From Nemertoderma westbladi (taxonomy: Eukaryota > Animalia > Xenacoelomorpha), in the NCBI GenBank assembly GCA_032718475.1, contig JAUCBJ010005048.1, positions 1 through 62,622 of the forward strand: 62,622 nt of DNA, written 5' to 3'. The position numbers and the translations under genes are program-made. The notes beneath the pieces are model-generated. The model was not told the DNA's origin. It was given only the letters and a program-made list of their open reading frames with translations, and did no database searches. This document shows, in pieces, positions 39,138 through 51,353 of the stretch (positions within the stretch are counted from its first letter, which is position 1; every line of letters begins with the position of its first letter).

Positions 39138-40605
39138 TTAAGCTAGCAAGAGTCCTTTTCTCTTTGGGGGAAGCCACTTTACTAGGAGGGCTATAACTCC
39201 TGGGTGAAGGGTGCAATATGATTGCATCAGAAGGTGTAGGATTATGGTCGGGGTATCCGCCGTTTCGATATGCTTCTCCTCGAGCTGATTTTCCTCCGCT
39301 CGTAGCTGGATACGTTCATCCAAAAACTCTCGCAGAGAATAGGGTCGTCCAAGTTCGATATCTTCTTAGAGATTCTGGATTTCTTGATCGCACTGAGATA
39401 AAGTTAATTCGTTTACCGCTTGGACTTGCTGCCGCAATTTACATTTCTCTAAACAATTGTAGGTTCATTTTCCGATCTTTTGACGAATAGTGTCCAACGC
39501 GTCTCGTACAACTCTCTCCTCTGCCTCAGTGACAGGTTGTATCGGGTTAAACAGGGACGATGATACGGTTGAGTGACGATATTAGATGTCCGCGTCCCAA
39601 TGCGAATATTTAGGGAGCCCACAATCAGAGTGCCACCGACTAACTGTTCAGGTAGCACTAGATCTTTGAACAGTGAGCACAGCTCGGGAGGATCCATGAT
39701 ACTAATAGGATCAAGAGTCTGAGGTCTCACTAGGGAATGAGGAGGTCTGATCGAGTATTCCGAAACTCTGATCATTGGTTTATTTAAGGATCGTCTGAGT
39801 CGAACGAGCGTAGGTGATACGTCAAACAAATTTCGCTCGAAACTCCCACCAGTATAGCGAGTAAAACCGTGTTTAGTGCAACGTCTCCGCGGATGTTTAG
39901 GTCTTTCCGTTTGTTGGTTGGGTCTAGGGCATTCATCGCAATAATACCAAAGACGCACGTCTTGTAGGGGAAACGCGAGTGATCTTTCTCCAGCTTACAA
40001 TATTCCTCCATCTGTTCGAAGCTATCCGGTACAACAGGTAGCGGTCGATCGGCGGTAAGATACATCATAGTGGAATAGAGCCGTTTGAGTTCTACCATGC
40101 GGTCATGATGTATACCTTGAGGATATCGAGTTTCTAGATTCTGTTGACTGGTAATATCGAGATATGTTTCTCTCAAGAATTCCAGATATTTTGGTGAAGT
40201 CGCTGCGTTTATCCGGCTCTTCAACATCTGCACTTTCGAGTCGGTTTCGAATAGAATTTTCGTGTTCGAGTCTCAGTTTATCGTTCCGCTTCCGCTGGGT
40301 ATGATATTTAAATAAACCATTTCCCTTTTGGTGTCTATATCGTTCGTATCGTGTAGGTCGATAGGATGACCAGTAGTTAAGAAGTCCATATACGTACCAT
40401 TACGATGCGTATAGCGAGCGGTGAATTTTCTACAGTCCAACCCACACGCAAGTTGCTCCCGGGACATTGGCGGTTAGATATAACGACCATCGTCCTCCGT
40501 AGTAGTTGGACCAGCGTCGCCGCGTATCAAGCTTTCAACAAACGCTTGTAAAGGTAGAGTATATCGCTCCCTGATACCAAGATCATCTTCTATCAACTCA
40601 ATCAT
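39138..40605 (-). pseudogene. orphan accessory ORF (ORF3) of element B, disrupted
   Basis: ATG at 40605 after tagcag; pieces 40273-40467, 39784-40233, 39449-39958 and 39138-39323 are colinear with element A 8900-10205. Confidence 0.7.
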
Positions 40606-42243
40606 ATCTGCTATATAAGTTTATCCATATTATAATGAGTTTATATTTAGGCGAGCGGGCGTCGCTGCCTACCCCTCTCTGTCCCCGGACAGTGCGAGAT
40701 CCTCAGCGCTGGTGTACTTTCGCCGATGTGCCTATCGCCAACGTCGTAGCTGCACAACGACTACAACAACCAGCACGAGTCACTCCACCGTCCGTCCCAA
40801 AGGCTTAGATATACTTCAGGTTCTTACTGGAGAGTTAGGGCTACTTTCACAATTGCGACTCGCTACTGTAAACACACCTTAGTAGTAACATTCACCTACA
40901 AACGCACAAATTCCACGTAACTGTCACAAATGGTACACATTCTATCACACATTCGGGTCATTTGTCCGTTAGTCAAGTGCCTTCCAGAATGTCACGTTGT
41001 TATTATGTATCCTTGGATACTAGCGGTGTGCTATTTATTCCGTATGCTATTCAATGAGCAAGCTTTTTATTGTTCTGTTAACTCGCTTCTAATTCTAGCG
41101 TGGTTGTTGCTATGGTGACATTATGGAAAGCTAGCGGTAGAATTAGGGTAATTCTCATGCATACAGATCTGGGATGCTATTTAATAGTAAGTCTTTAATG
41201 GTCAATATCATCTTTATATATGATTTTATGAATTTTATCGGCTATTGACTCTATATTGGAGATTCTCGCACACTAACACACTTAATAGGTGAATCTCCGC
41301 TCCCATGATCTATTAATTAATGGAATTTTGGGAATATTATAAATTGTATAAAATAACAATTTATCAAATTCATTAAAAGATGAATTTAAATTTATTCCCG
41401 TAATTTTATTATTTAATATTAAAATAGACACAATTTTATTCCAGAACAAGTCTGGGGACTGGGATCCTTGATTCTAGGAATTTTGTCCTTTTAAGAGTAT
41501 CGGTAAGTGCTACGATATCGACTAGAATGTTAAAGGATCTGAAATTTGACAGATTTTATAAATATTAATAGTTAATATTTAGGATGGGCACCGGTTTATT
41601 CCCGAACAAGTCTGGGGACGTTAACCACTGATTCTAGAATTTTGTCTTTCAAGTATATCGGTGGGAGCCGCGATATCTTAATCGACTAGAATTGCAGATG
41701 GTCAAAGGGTTTAACAGATTTATTTTGCGTTATACGCTACTGTTAAAGGGACATCACGCTACTATATGTATTATTTAATATACGGTATGAGAGCAATATC
41801 GCACGAAGCAATGTCAGTGTGAAGAGGCAAGTCGTTTCCAAGGTCTACCCAGAGCTTGGTTTAGCCGAGACACGAGGATCTGAACTTTGCATTCCTAATA
41901 CTCTGCCTACCAATAATACTTAAATATAGTAGGAGCTTTATTGTACTTTAATAAGTACGGAGATTTCATCTTACTGTAGTCACGTATTTATAATGTAATA
42001 CGGACAGTAAGGAAAGAGAAAAAGAATTATTTCTCGCCGTCGCACTAAATATATAATATACAGGTAATTAAGTAATAAACGCTAATATATTGCACTAATC
42101 TACTAAATAATCGCTAAAATAACATTCTACTAAATGAAATTAAAGAAAACGATTATAATAAAATTACACAATAATACATACATAATATAAAATAATAAAA
42201 ATAAAAATAAAATAATATAGTCACACACCCACTCCGTATGTTG

Positions 42244-45200
42244 TTACGTTATGGAGTCCCTAGATATTTGTTGGATTAGGGAGGTGGTCGTGGGAAGAGT
42301 ATCTTGCCTTCCATAGTTTCCGGACAGTTTTCGGTCTCTTTCCAGTAAACATAAACGACCAGCTGGGCGATTGAGTGGTTGTGTTACTTTCTCCGCTCCC
42401 TTGGCCTGTCTAATCTTCGCCGGGGTAAGATGAGGAGGCCATTCATCTTCTTTATTTAGGAAGTCGGGTCCACCTAACCGGTCTGGAGTATCTGTCAGTT
42501 CTTGAGGAGTTGCTCCTCTGGAAGCGATGTCGGCTAGATTAATCGTCTCGGGGCAATGTCTCCATTGATCTACATTGGAGTTAATATCGTCATTATCTGA
42601 GGAGTATGGTGTTCCCTCAGTTGGGTCGTCAACTTCACTGCTCTCCACTTCCCATTTACTTAATTGATATACCTGTTCTTTTGGTAATCTTTCCATTAGA
42701 GTTCTACGTGAAGGGCCAGTAAAGTACCAACCTACTCTAGTTCTTCCCGCATAGACTTGTAATGGTTGCGGTTGAGCAGGCCGTTTCTCCAATGTCTCGA
42801 GTGCCTCATGCGCATTTTGACCGATGAGTATTTGCACTCCAGGGTAATCTGTGTTGAATCTAGGTATATCAAACTGCTGGGTGAAATCGTCCTCATCCCA
42901 GTTATAAGGTTCTACTTGGCTGGTAGCGAAGTTCTTTATCGCCACCATTTTTACTGACCTTATGCTGTGTTCTCCTAGTTCATCCTGGGGGGTGGACAAT
43001 GCACCTACATAATAATCTGCGATTACTGTAGATTTCCAAACCGGCATAATTCCTGACATGTTTAACTTAGTTCGGAACTTGGGTTGTCCAGCAAAGATGT
43101 CTTCGGCTAGTTCTTTGTCGATGAATGTTCCTGTGCTACCGGAGTCAAGAAGGGCGTTCACTATATAACTCCTTTCAGGTCCGTGGACCCTTAGCTGCAC
43201 TACGGGAAATTCTCGGATTCCTACATTGGAAGTTGGTGCTTTCCAAGGTGGTTGTCGGTCAGAAGTAGTAGGGGGGAGCTCGCTGTCGGTGTCCTTTTCA
43301 TACGTAAGTGCTCGATACACTGCAGTATTTATCAGGTAACAGGATTCGTTTTCGTCGGAGAATTTGTCCGTATAGAATCCTTCCATCTCAGAATATTGGT
43401 CAGTGTCGTTCACATCACTGAATTGGACATGTAGTTCGGACTCACTTACCTGACTCGGGCTGTTTCGTTCGAATTCCGTGTGCAACAAGATATGATGTTT
43501 TGCGCCGCACTTTGCACACCTTGCGTCGGAGTAACAGGTTCGCCGTTGGTGTCCTCGTCTGAGGCAATTATAACACAACCGCTTATCCCACATGACTTCA
43601 CGTCTGTCCTTTAGTGATTTCCTCAGGAATTCATCACACGCACTTAAACGGTGGGGCCCGTCGCACAGCACACATTTTGGTTTGATGTTACTTACCTTAC
43701 TTTGAGTAACGTTGTGCACACTCGTTCTTTCCTCGGGCTTTCTTACATGAATTCTCTTAGGGGACGTAGGAGGAGTTTTTCTTACCTGTTCTCTCCTGTC
43801 ATTGGTTCGAGACTTGAATTTACTTACGTCCTTAGGCGCTTTGTTGTCATAGTAAGATCTTTCAGTGTCTTTCCCGCTATCCTCTCCTTGAGAAGTCTGG
43901 CTTTCGCCGTCGTTGGTATAACACACTGGTATTACCTTTCTCCTAGAAACGAGTTTCTCACTTACCTTATTTTCCGGTGTCTTCTCTCTGGACTGTTTTA
44001 GGAGCTGTAATTTCACTTCTCCATCTAAGAATGACATGAGATCAGCCATGGTAGGGTCTCGTCGTTGTTGTTCCATCATATATAACACTTTCTTATCCCA
44101 GCGTGTACCTACTCCACCCTTCGGTAAAGTAGAAGCCACGGCTCCAATGACCATAGAACTCTGATATTCATGAGACTTACCTAACCAATCTAATTGTCTA
44201 CAGATCTCTTGAATCTCATCGGAAAACTCTATTATCCCGCTGCTAATGAACTTTCGGGGCGCTACTAATTTTGCATACAAATATCTAGCTATGTTATTCC
44301 TATTACCATACCTGATGTTTAGTGTATCCCAAACTTGTCTTAATCCGTCTGGATGTCCAATAAACTTTAACGCCATTAACTTGGGCAGTTGGGAGATCCT
44401 TCCAAGCACTCGATGAGGAATCTAAGTTTCTCTCCGTTAGATAGCACAGAGTTCTGTATGTTATCTTTGTAATATTCATTAAAAGGTAACCATTTCATCT
44501 CATCTCCATTGAACTTGACGATCTTTCCCACCTTTACCGCTTGATGGGCTTCGGTTCTAGCCATTTATTTAATATCGAGTTATCGGTATATAAATTTCTC
44601 GGATTATGATCAGGTCTATAGGGAATATCATTATCAACAGGTCTATAATTACCCTTAATAGGGTTCACTATAGGAGTTTCTACTTCGCTAGCAGTATAGA
44701 TGCGTGTAGGCTCCACACCTTGCGCATGAAATACTTCAGACCTAACAGGTTGACACATTGTTACAGGGGGTGGTGGTATACCCTTTTGTGTATTTACTAA
44801 TTTATCGCGTTCTAATGCGATACTTTGCTGCACTTCTTGCAACTCTAACCTACTTTCCCTAATTGTTCCCTTTAACTGCTGCATAGTTCCCTCCATCTCC
44901 TGGGCCTGCTGAGAGGAGCGAGAATGTTGTTCCCTCAGCTGTCCGAGCAGGAGACCCATCTCCCGTCGTCCCTCATCTACCCACTCGACCGCCGAAGCGG
45001 GAGGCGCCAACGTTGTAGCGGGCAGACGAGGGACAACGGGCGACAAATCATTATTATTTCGTTTGGAGTCCAGGACATGAACATTTTCAAGGGTGGTTCT
45101 GTGGGGCACAGGTAGCTTCGTGCTGTGCAGAGGGAATTTAGAGGTAGGTTCAGGGAGTACAGGTGTCTCTATCACCGAAGGGGTGGCTTCGAGAACAGGC

Positions 45201-46860
45201 CTAATTATTTCAGGCTCATCTACTATAGTAGGGAGTCTTTCTATGTTAATTATTTGGTCTGTGGGTTCTGTACTACCTAAGTCTGTGCTAGCTAGTTGCC
45301 TTCTAACAGCTGGGGGCAAATCAGGCAATTTCTGACGGTGGGAAATTCTTTTACGTCTGCTTAGGCGAGATCGATTTCCTCCGCCTTCAGGATCGGTGGT
45401 ATCGCCTTCCTCAGATGATGTATATCCCTGTCTTTTGGGAGTTGATCGACTCATCATCTGCATATTACTAGCTGTTAACTGTTTATTGAAGTTGTCTTGC
45501 CTCTCTTGAAGATTTTCCAACTCTAGTTGGGTTGTCTCTTCAGATGCCCTCTGTTCTGCTTCAGCCACTGCCTCTGCCACTGCCACTGCCGCTTTTCTTT
45601 CCGCTTCTGCCGCTGCCACTGCTGCTGCGACTGCCGCTTTTCTTTCCGCTTCTGCCGCTGCCACTGCTGCTGCCACTGCCGCTGTCTTTCTATCTTCTAT
45701 ACGTTTTTTCTTTACTTGTTCTTCTTGAACCTTAGCGATGCGGATGCTTTCATCAAATTTAGCTTGGTTCGCAGCTATCCTATCCACATCGATTGCGTCC
45801 AACACAAGCTTGGCTCCTTCACTATTAGGGCTAAGTCCGTCTAGCCTTCTCCTCAACTCTTCATCACCTAAAAAACGTTGATAGTCTGACAGATAGATGT
45901 CAATGGCATCCCTCTTATGCGGTTTCTCTGCCGTCGCTTCACTTTCCACTTGGGAAAAAGTAGCGTCTGTTGATTCTCCATGGGTTGAGCGCTCATCCAG
46001 CTGGGCTTTCCACTGAGCCGTTCCTTGCACCTGGAGACTCACCCGTTGAAACCAAGTCTTTACGGCAACTTGCAACGACGTGTCTTGTCTTCTTTTAGAA
46101 GCCTCCTCAAAGGCCGATAAGATTAGCCTGATTCGTAGAATTCTTTCTCTAACTTGATAAAGCAGCTGTCCCTGCTCTTGAGGTCCTTGGGGTTGTTGAA
46201 ACAGTTGTTCTTCTAATCGCTCCATGGAGCTGAAGAATCCCTGTACGTATCCAGCTCGGACCTCTTCCACACAGCTGGATCGATGGTTTCCTTGGTTACT
46301 CCCATCCTGTGTATGTCTTCCCAGGCAGCTTCTGATAAATCAAACGGGAGTCCGGGTCCGGGGAAGTTCCATTGCGACTCGACAATAGACTTCAGTTCTT
46401 CCCTTGTGTATCCCGCATAACTATCTTTAGTCGATCTCTTATTTCTCGCCCAATCGATCTGGTGTTCTTCCACCGCAATCAATAACCTAGTGAGTACGGC
46501 TGCAGGAAGGATGAGAAGGGGGTCCGAATAAACCGCATCTGTCATCTTTGCGCCGTGCTCGGGTGTCAGCTCTACAGTATCCGCACTACTGGAGCTGTCG
46601 GGCCGCTGAGAAATAAGTTCTTGGCTCACGGGTTGTTGCTGTTCTGCTGCTTCTTGGTCCCGCTTGACCTGAGCTCGAGTGCCTATGATAGACCTACGAT
46701 GTTGGACTAGCCTAGGGTCTGATATTACTACTGGAGGGATGATCTTTCTTACAGTAGGAGGTGAGTTGAACTTCGGTCCCACATGTTCCACACTCCTGTC
46801 TGGGTCACATATGGTTGTATCTAGGAGACTGTCTGATAGGTTTTGTTTTGTGTCAGACAT
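42244..46860 (-). pseudogene. gag: BEL/Pao gag-protease with pol remnants, frameshifted
   Basis: KFNGDEMKWLPF...EKLRFL capsid region; triple knuckle CVLCDGPHRLSAC / CYNCLRRGHQRRTC / CAKCGAKHHILLH; LLDSGS protease; three frameshifts (about 46250, 44550, 44400); internal 45-bp Ala-rich repeat. Confidence 0.92.
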
Positions 46861-46984
46861 GTTGATTTGTACAGTTGAATGCCTACTGCTATATTACAGT
46901 TTAAGCAAGTCTAGTAATTCAGTATCACTGTTAGTCTAGTAATTAATTACCGATACTGCTACTCAGTGTAGCGTGATATATATA

Positions 46985-47370
46985 CAATACATTAGAATAC
47001 CGGTATGCTTATAGTATATATATAAGTATTATTACAGACTAGGTTTGTCACAGAATACCGGTATATAATTCCAGCACAAATATATATAAATATATAATAG
47101 GCCTATCGTGGATACCGGTATGCAGTTTACACTTATAGTATATATAAGTATAATTATTAACTAGAATTAATTACAGAATACCGGTATAATTTCAGCCTAA
47201 ATTTATAAATATATAATAGGCCTATCGTGAATACCGGTATACAGCTTACACTTATAATGTATATATATAAGTATAATTACAGACTAGAATTAATTACAGA
47301 ATACCGGTATAATTTCAGCCTAAAATTTATAGAAATAAATATAATAAGCCTATTGTAAATACCGGTATGT
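46985..47370. repeat. about 120-bp degenerate tandem repeats in the element B leader
   Basis: Recurrent agaataccggtat and aatatataataggcctatcgtg blocks, about 3 copies. Confidence 0.8.
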
Positions 47371-48321
47371 CAATTATTTTAGAATAATTGAATTTCTGAA
47401 ATTTCAGGGGTTACTTAGTTACTTTAACTTACTTTATTACCGCTATTTAAGCAGTAGTCCAACTGATATTTAGACCTAATTGATGTATGGCAGGCCTACT
47501 ATTTATAAATCGTTTGAGTTGATTTATAATATATATACCCGTTAAAATAGGTTTTTTGTCAATATTTGAAATAAATGTTATTATTTCTGGGGGGAGTCAC
47601 TACACAGAAGCTGTGCGCTCTCAGTGGAGTGCTACTTGTTGGACACTAAAACAAATAATTCTAATTTACCTAAGTTACTTAATACTACAAATTACCTACA
47701 ATTCGGGGTGAGATTACAATCTCTAAGTAAACATAAAAATTTACAAGTACGAATTTTTAGGGTAATTTTACAAGAAGTCTACAAACCAGCCTAACAAAGG
47801 GTTAGAATATCTGGTTATTACAACGGACAGGTTACTACGGTATTTGAAAATAATAAGTAGTAGTAAATATACTGCGTTGTCCAGATAGAAAAATACCACC
47901 GTCTGACGACTTATAGCCGTGGCGCTATAAGTACTACGTTATGTATCACGGAGTGTTCCTACCTAGAAGTTAATTACCGCGGTCTACCAGAACCAACGTG
48001 CCTATTAACCACTTTACAACACAAATATACTGCCTACACACTAATCACCTTCGGAAAGCACTGTACACTAAACCCTAAATTAGGTACAAGTACTTATACA
48101 ACAAATAATCAGTAGTTAAAAATACTTGAACAGCTAAAAGAACCACAGTATCTGCTGGAGTGACCGGGGCACAAAATCACCAGTCTTTACCTATGCCAAG
48201 CAGCCCTGATGTAGTACCGGGGTTAGTTTAACTATAACGGTATATATAACAAGCACAATTACTGTAGGAATAAACTTAGGGGTATGAATGTTGCGAATAA
48301 TCGCATAAACTCTGAATAATA

Positions 48322-48895
48322 AATATTACGCTACGCGTACAGACTACTCAAACAAAATGCAGACCAAATGCTGACAGACTACCGTCAAGCCCAAACAAAC
48401 TACGGTATATGCAGACTCCGAAATGGTTAGTTAGTATGCGTTCTAACCCAGTAGTACGACTTATTCTTTCGAGGGGGTTTACCTCACAGCTCTGGAAGCC
48501 CCTACATTCCCAACTGGCACTTTATCGGACATACACTCTACACACACCGAAATCTCTCAAGACCTAACAACAGCCAGACAACAATCCAGCCTACAAATTA
48601 TCTAAATAAGAAATATTACGCTACCCGTACAGACTACACAAACAAAGTACAGACCAAACGCTGGCAGACTACTATCAAGCCTAAATAAACTACAATATAT
48701 GCAGACTCTGAAATGGTTAGTTAGTATGCGTTCTAACCGAGTAGTACAACTTATTCTTTCGAGGGGGTTCACCTCACAGCACTGGCAGCCCCTACTTTCC
48801 TAACTAGTACTTTTTCGGACATATGCTCTACACACACTACAGCCCCTTCAGACTTAACAACAGTCAGACAACAGTCTAGCCTACAAATTGTCTGT
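48322..48895. repeat. about 291-bp tandem duplication in the element B leader
   Basis: aatattacgctac.cgtacagactac at about 48322 and 48613, colinear to gcctacaaatt. Confidence 0.88.
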
Positions 48896-49229
48896 ACAAT
48901 CTGAGCAGGCTTACACGCCTTCTGCTCAATATTGGCCTACAAATAAATAAAACTTGACAGAAATAAGTAAAATCTCAATAAAAAACCAGGGCGGGCCCTC
49001 CCTGATTCAATATTAAGGCCTACCGGTATATAATTATCAAATCGAATAATACTGCTGTACCTGTACTGCTGTAGGTACCGGTCCGGGTTGTTAGGTTGTC
49101 AGGCCTACTAGGTACCGGTTGTCCGGTACTTCAGCGTTATTGCCTACTGCAATACAGAAGCTATATCTGTTATTGTTCTTACCAGAACAATAGTAAACTG
49201 TATTTATTGCCTACACTGCAATCAGAATT

Positions 49230-49240
49230 ATAACTGTTAC
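49230..49240 (-). promoter_or_regulatory. PBS-position 11-mer GTAACAGTTAT, complementary to an LTR-internal 11-mer (candidate self-priming site)
   Basis: Abuts the 5' LTR with no TGG; exact reverse complement of the LTR 11-mer at 49940-49950 (and 38592-38602). Confidence 0.6.
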
Positions 49241-50364
49241 TGTTCGCGCTTTTAAGACCTTTGGCAGTTTAACCCGCCAAATCTATATGTCTTCTAGGTT
49301 ATAAATCGAATTTAGCCTATGACAAGTATTTGACACAAATAAATACAACATTAGCCGAAGCCAGTCTATGCGCGACCATTCACCCGCTGGATATACCCGG
49401 GAGACTGGATTCGGATGCTTTAATTTGATTGCGGTGCAGGCCTACCGTACTATTCGATTTGATCGTTAATATATAATCTCTGACAAATATCATTCACTTT
49501 CGGGAAATATTAGCAGTTCCTTTAGGACGTGGCGCTCTTTCTATATAAACAGAGCTATGGCTTACACTTAACACAACGGAATGGATTATAAGTTACACAT
49601 AAGGCGCATTCTTTAGGAGATACTTTGTTACGCGGACAAGCACATACAGACCATTGCACACCGCTGCACACTGAATTGCCGATAGTCACTGATTTTAATC
49701 ATATATAAAGAGAATAGCAACCGACATTTGTAGGGCCTATAAAATAGCATTCAATTCACTACAAACCACGATAATATAAGTCGCAATTGCTATATGTAAC
49801 CGGTCTCTCTAACCTTAGTGTATCAAGAAGATCGGGGTTTCTGATCGTTTATCGTTATTCTCCAAATAACAATATGTAAACAACTGATACAATTAATAAC
49901 AAACAGTAAATAGCAGTAAATAATGTGCAATACGTACCGGTAACAGTTATGTGTTCTTATAATTAAAGCCGTTCTAATGCTGGAATAATTCCATAGCCGA
50001 TGTTCATGGCAAAACCAACACACTGAACCCTGTGCGCTGTTGCAGGTAGCTTTCAACACAAAGAGGAAGAGCTCTCATTGGCAGAGCTCCATATTCCACA
50101 GATTCCACGAATGTCTAAATGCCGAACTATTCGGGTTTTTGCAGCCCTTAGCCAACACACAGGATGAATCACTCTGCTTGGTTGACCTTGCTCTGGTTGG
50201 TTGATCGAACAGAACAAAGAGGCCATACGTACAGCAAATCAGCCAATCAGCCGGTAGCTTGCACCATTTGAGTTAGGGAGTTTTTCTTTAGAGTATTTGA
50301 GCGCATTAAGGGAAACTGGATTGCGAAGCAAAAGGGCCAGTTATATCCCACAAAAGCTTTTACA
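49241..50364 (-). repeat. 5' LTR of element B (1124 bp)
   Basis: Direct repeat of 37893-39022, followed by the TSD. Confidence 0.95.
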
Positions 50365-51283
50365 CAAAGCGATATCTAGTCTGAGCAGTGTCCTTCATGT
50401 ACAAAGCTATATCGAGACCGAGCAGTGCAGTGTCTTTCTTATACAAAGCGATATCTAGACCGAGCAGTGTCTTTCTTGTACAAAGCGATATCTAGACCGA
50501 GCAGTGTGCTTCATGTACAAAGTGATATCTAGACCGAGCAGTGTCTTTCTTGTACAAAGCTATCTCTAGACCGAGCAGTGCCCTTCTTGTACAAAGCTAT
50601 CTCTAGACCGAGCAGTGTCCTTCATGTACAAAGCGATATCTAGACCGAGCAGTGTCTTTCTTGTACAAAGCGATATCTAGACCGAGCAGTGTGCTTCATG
50701 TACAAAGCGATATCTAGACCGAGCAGTGTCTTTCATGTACAAAGCGATATCTAGACCGAGCAGTGTGCTTCATGTACAAAGCGATATCTAGACCGAGCAG
50801 TGTCTTTCTTGTACAAAGCGATATCTAGACCGAGCAGTGTCTTTCTTGTACAAGCGATATCTAGACCGAGCAGTGTCTTTCTTGTACAAAGCGATATCTA
50901 GACCGAGCAGTGTGCTTCATGTACAAAGCGATATCTAGACCGAGCAGTGTCTTTCTTGTACAAAGCGATATCTAGACCGAGCAGTGCCCTTCTTGTACAA
51001 AGCTATCTCTAGACCGAGCAGTGTCCTTCATGTACAAAGCGATATCTAGACCGAGCAGTGTCTTTCTTGTACAAAGCGATATCTAGACCGAGCAGTGTCT
51101 TTCTTGTACAACCGATATCTAGACCGATCAGTGTTTTTCTTGTACAAAGCTATCTCTAGACCGAGCAGTGCCCTTCTTGTACAAAGCTATCTCTAGACCG
51201 AGCAGTGTCCTTCATGTACAAAGCGATATCTAGACCGAGCAGTGTCTTTCTTGTACAAAGCGATATCTAGACCGAGCAGTGTC
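50365..51283. repeat. 37-bp satellite, right part
   Basis: Resumes in register after the CAAAG TSD. Confidence 0.96.
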
Positions 51284-51353
51284 AATGACAAATTTTGCCA
51301 AAAACCATGAAATCTGGGGTACTTGTTTTAACGCCCAAGATACGTTTTATGAA

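Larger units (their letters stand above)
37893..50364 (-). mobile_element. BEL/Pao LTR retrotransposon, element B (pol-deleted, non-autonomous)
   Basis: LTRs 37893-39022 and 49241-50364 with few differences including one 6-bp indel; 5-bp TSD CAAAG (37888-37892, 50365-50369); PPT GGGAGCGG at 39023-39030; inserted in the 37-bp satellite. Confidence 0.96.

Noticed and set aside
39218-39490. Antisense ORF shared by both BEL copies (also 8996-9235)
   Set aside because: Some changes are synonymous in it, but starts differ and it is most simply a shadow of the sense-strand ORF3 C-terminus; not fully excluded.
49174-49184. TGGTAAGAAC as a displaced tRNA PBS
   Set aside because: About 57 nt from the LTR, located in a hairpin, and not recognisably complementary to a tRNA 3' end; a tRNA search would settle it.
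35375-51283. 37-bp and 36-bp arrays as CRISPR
   Set aside because: Units are contiguous with no unique spacers, no cas genes are present and the context is eukaryotic.
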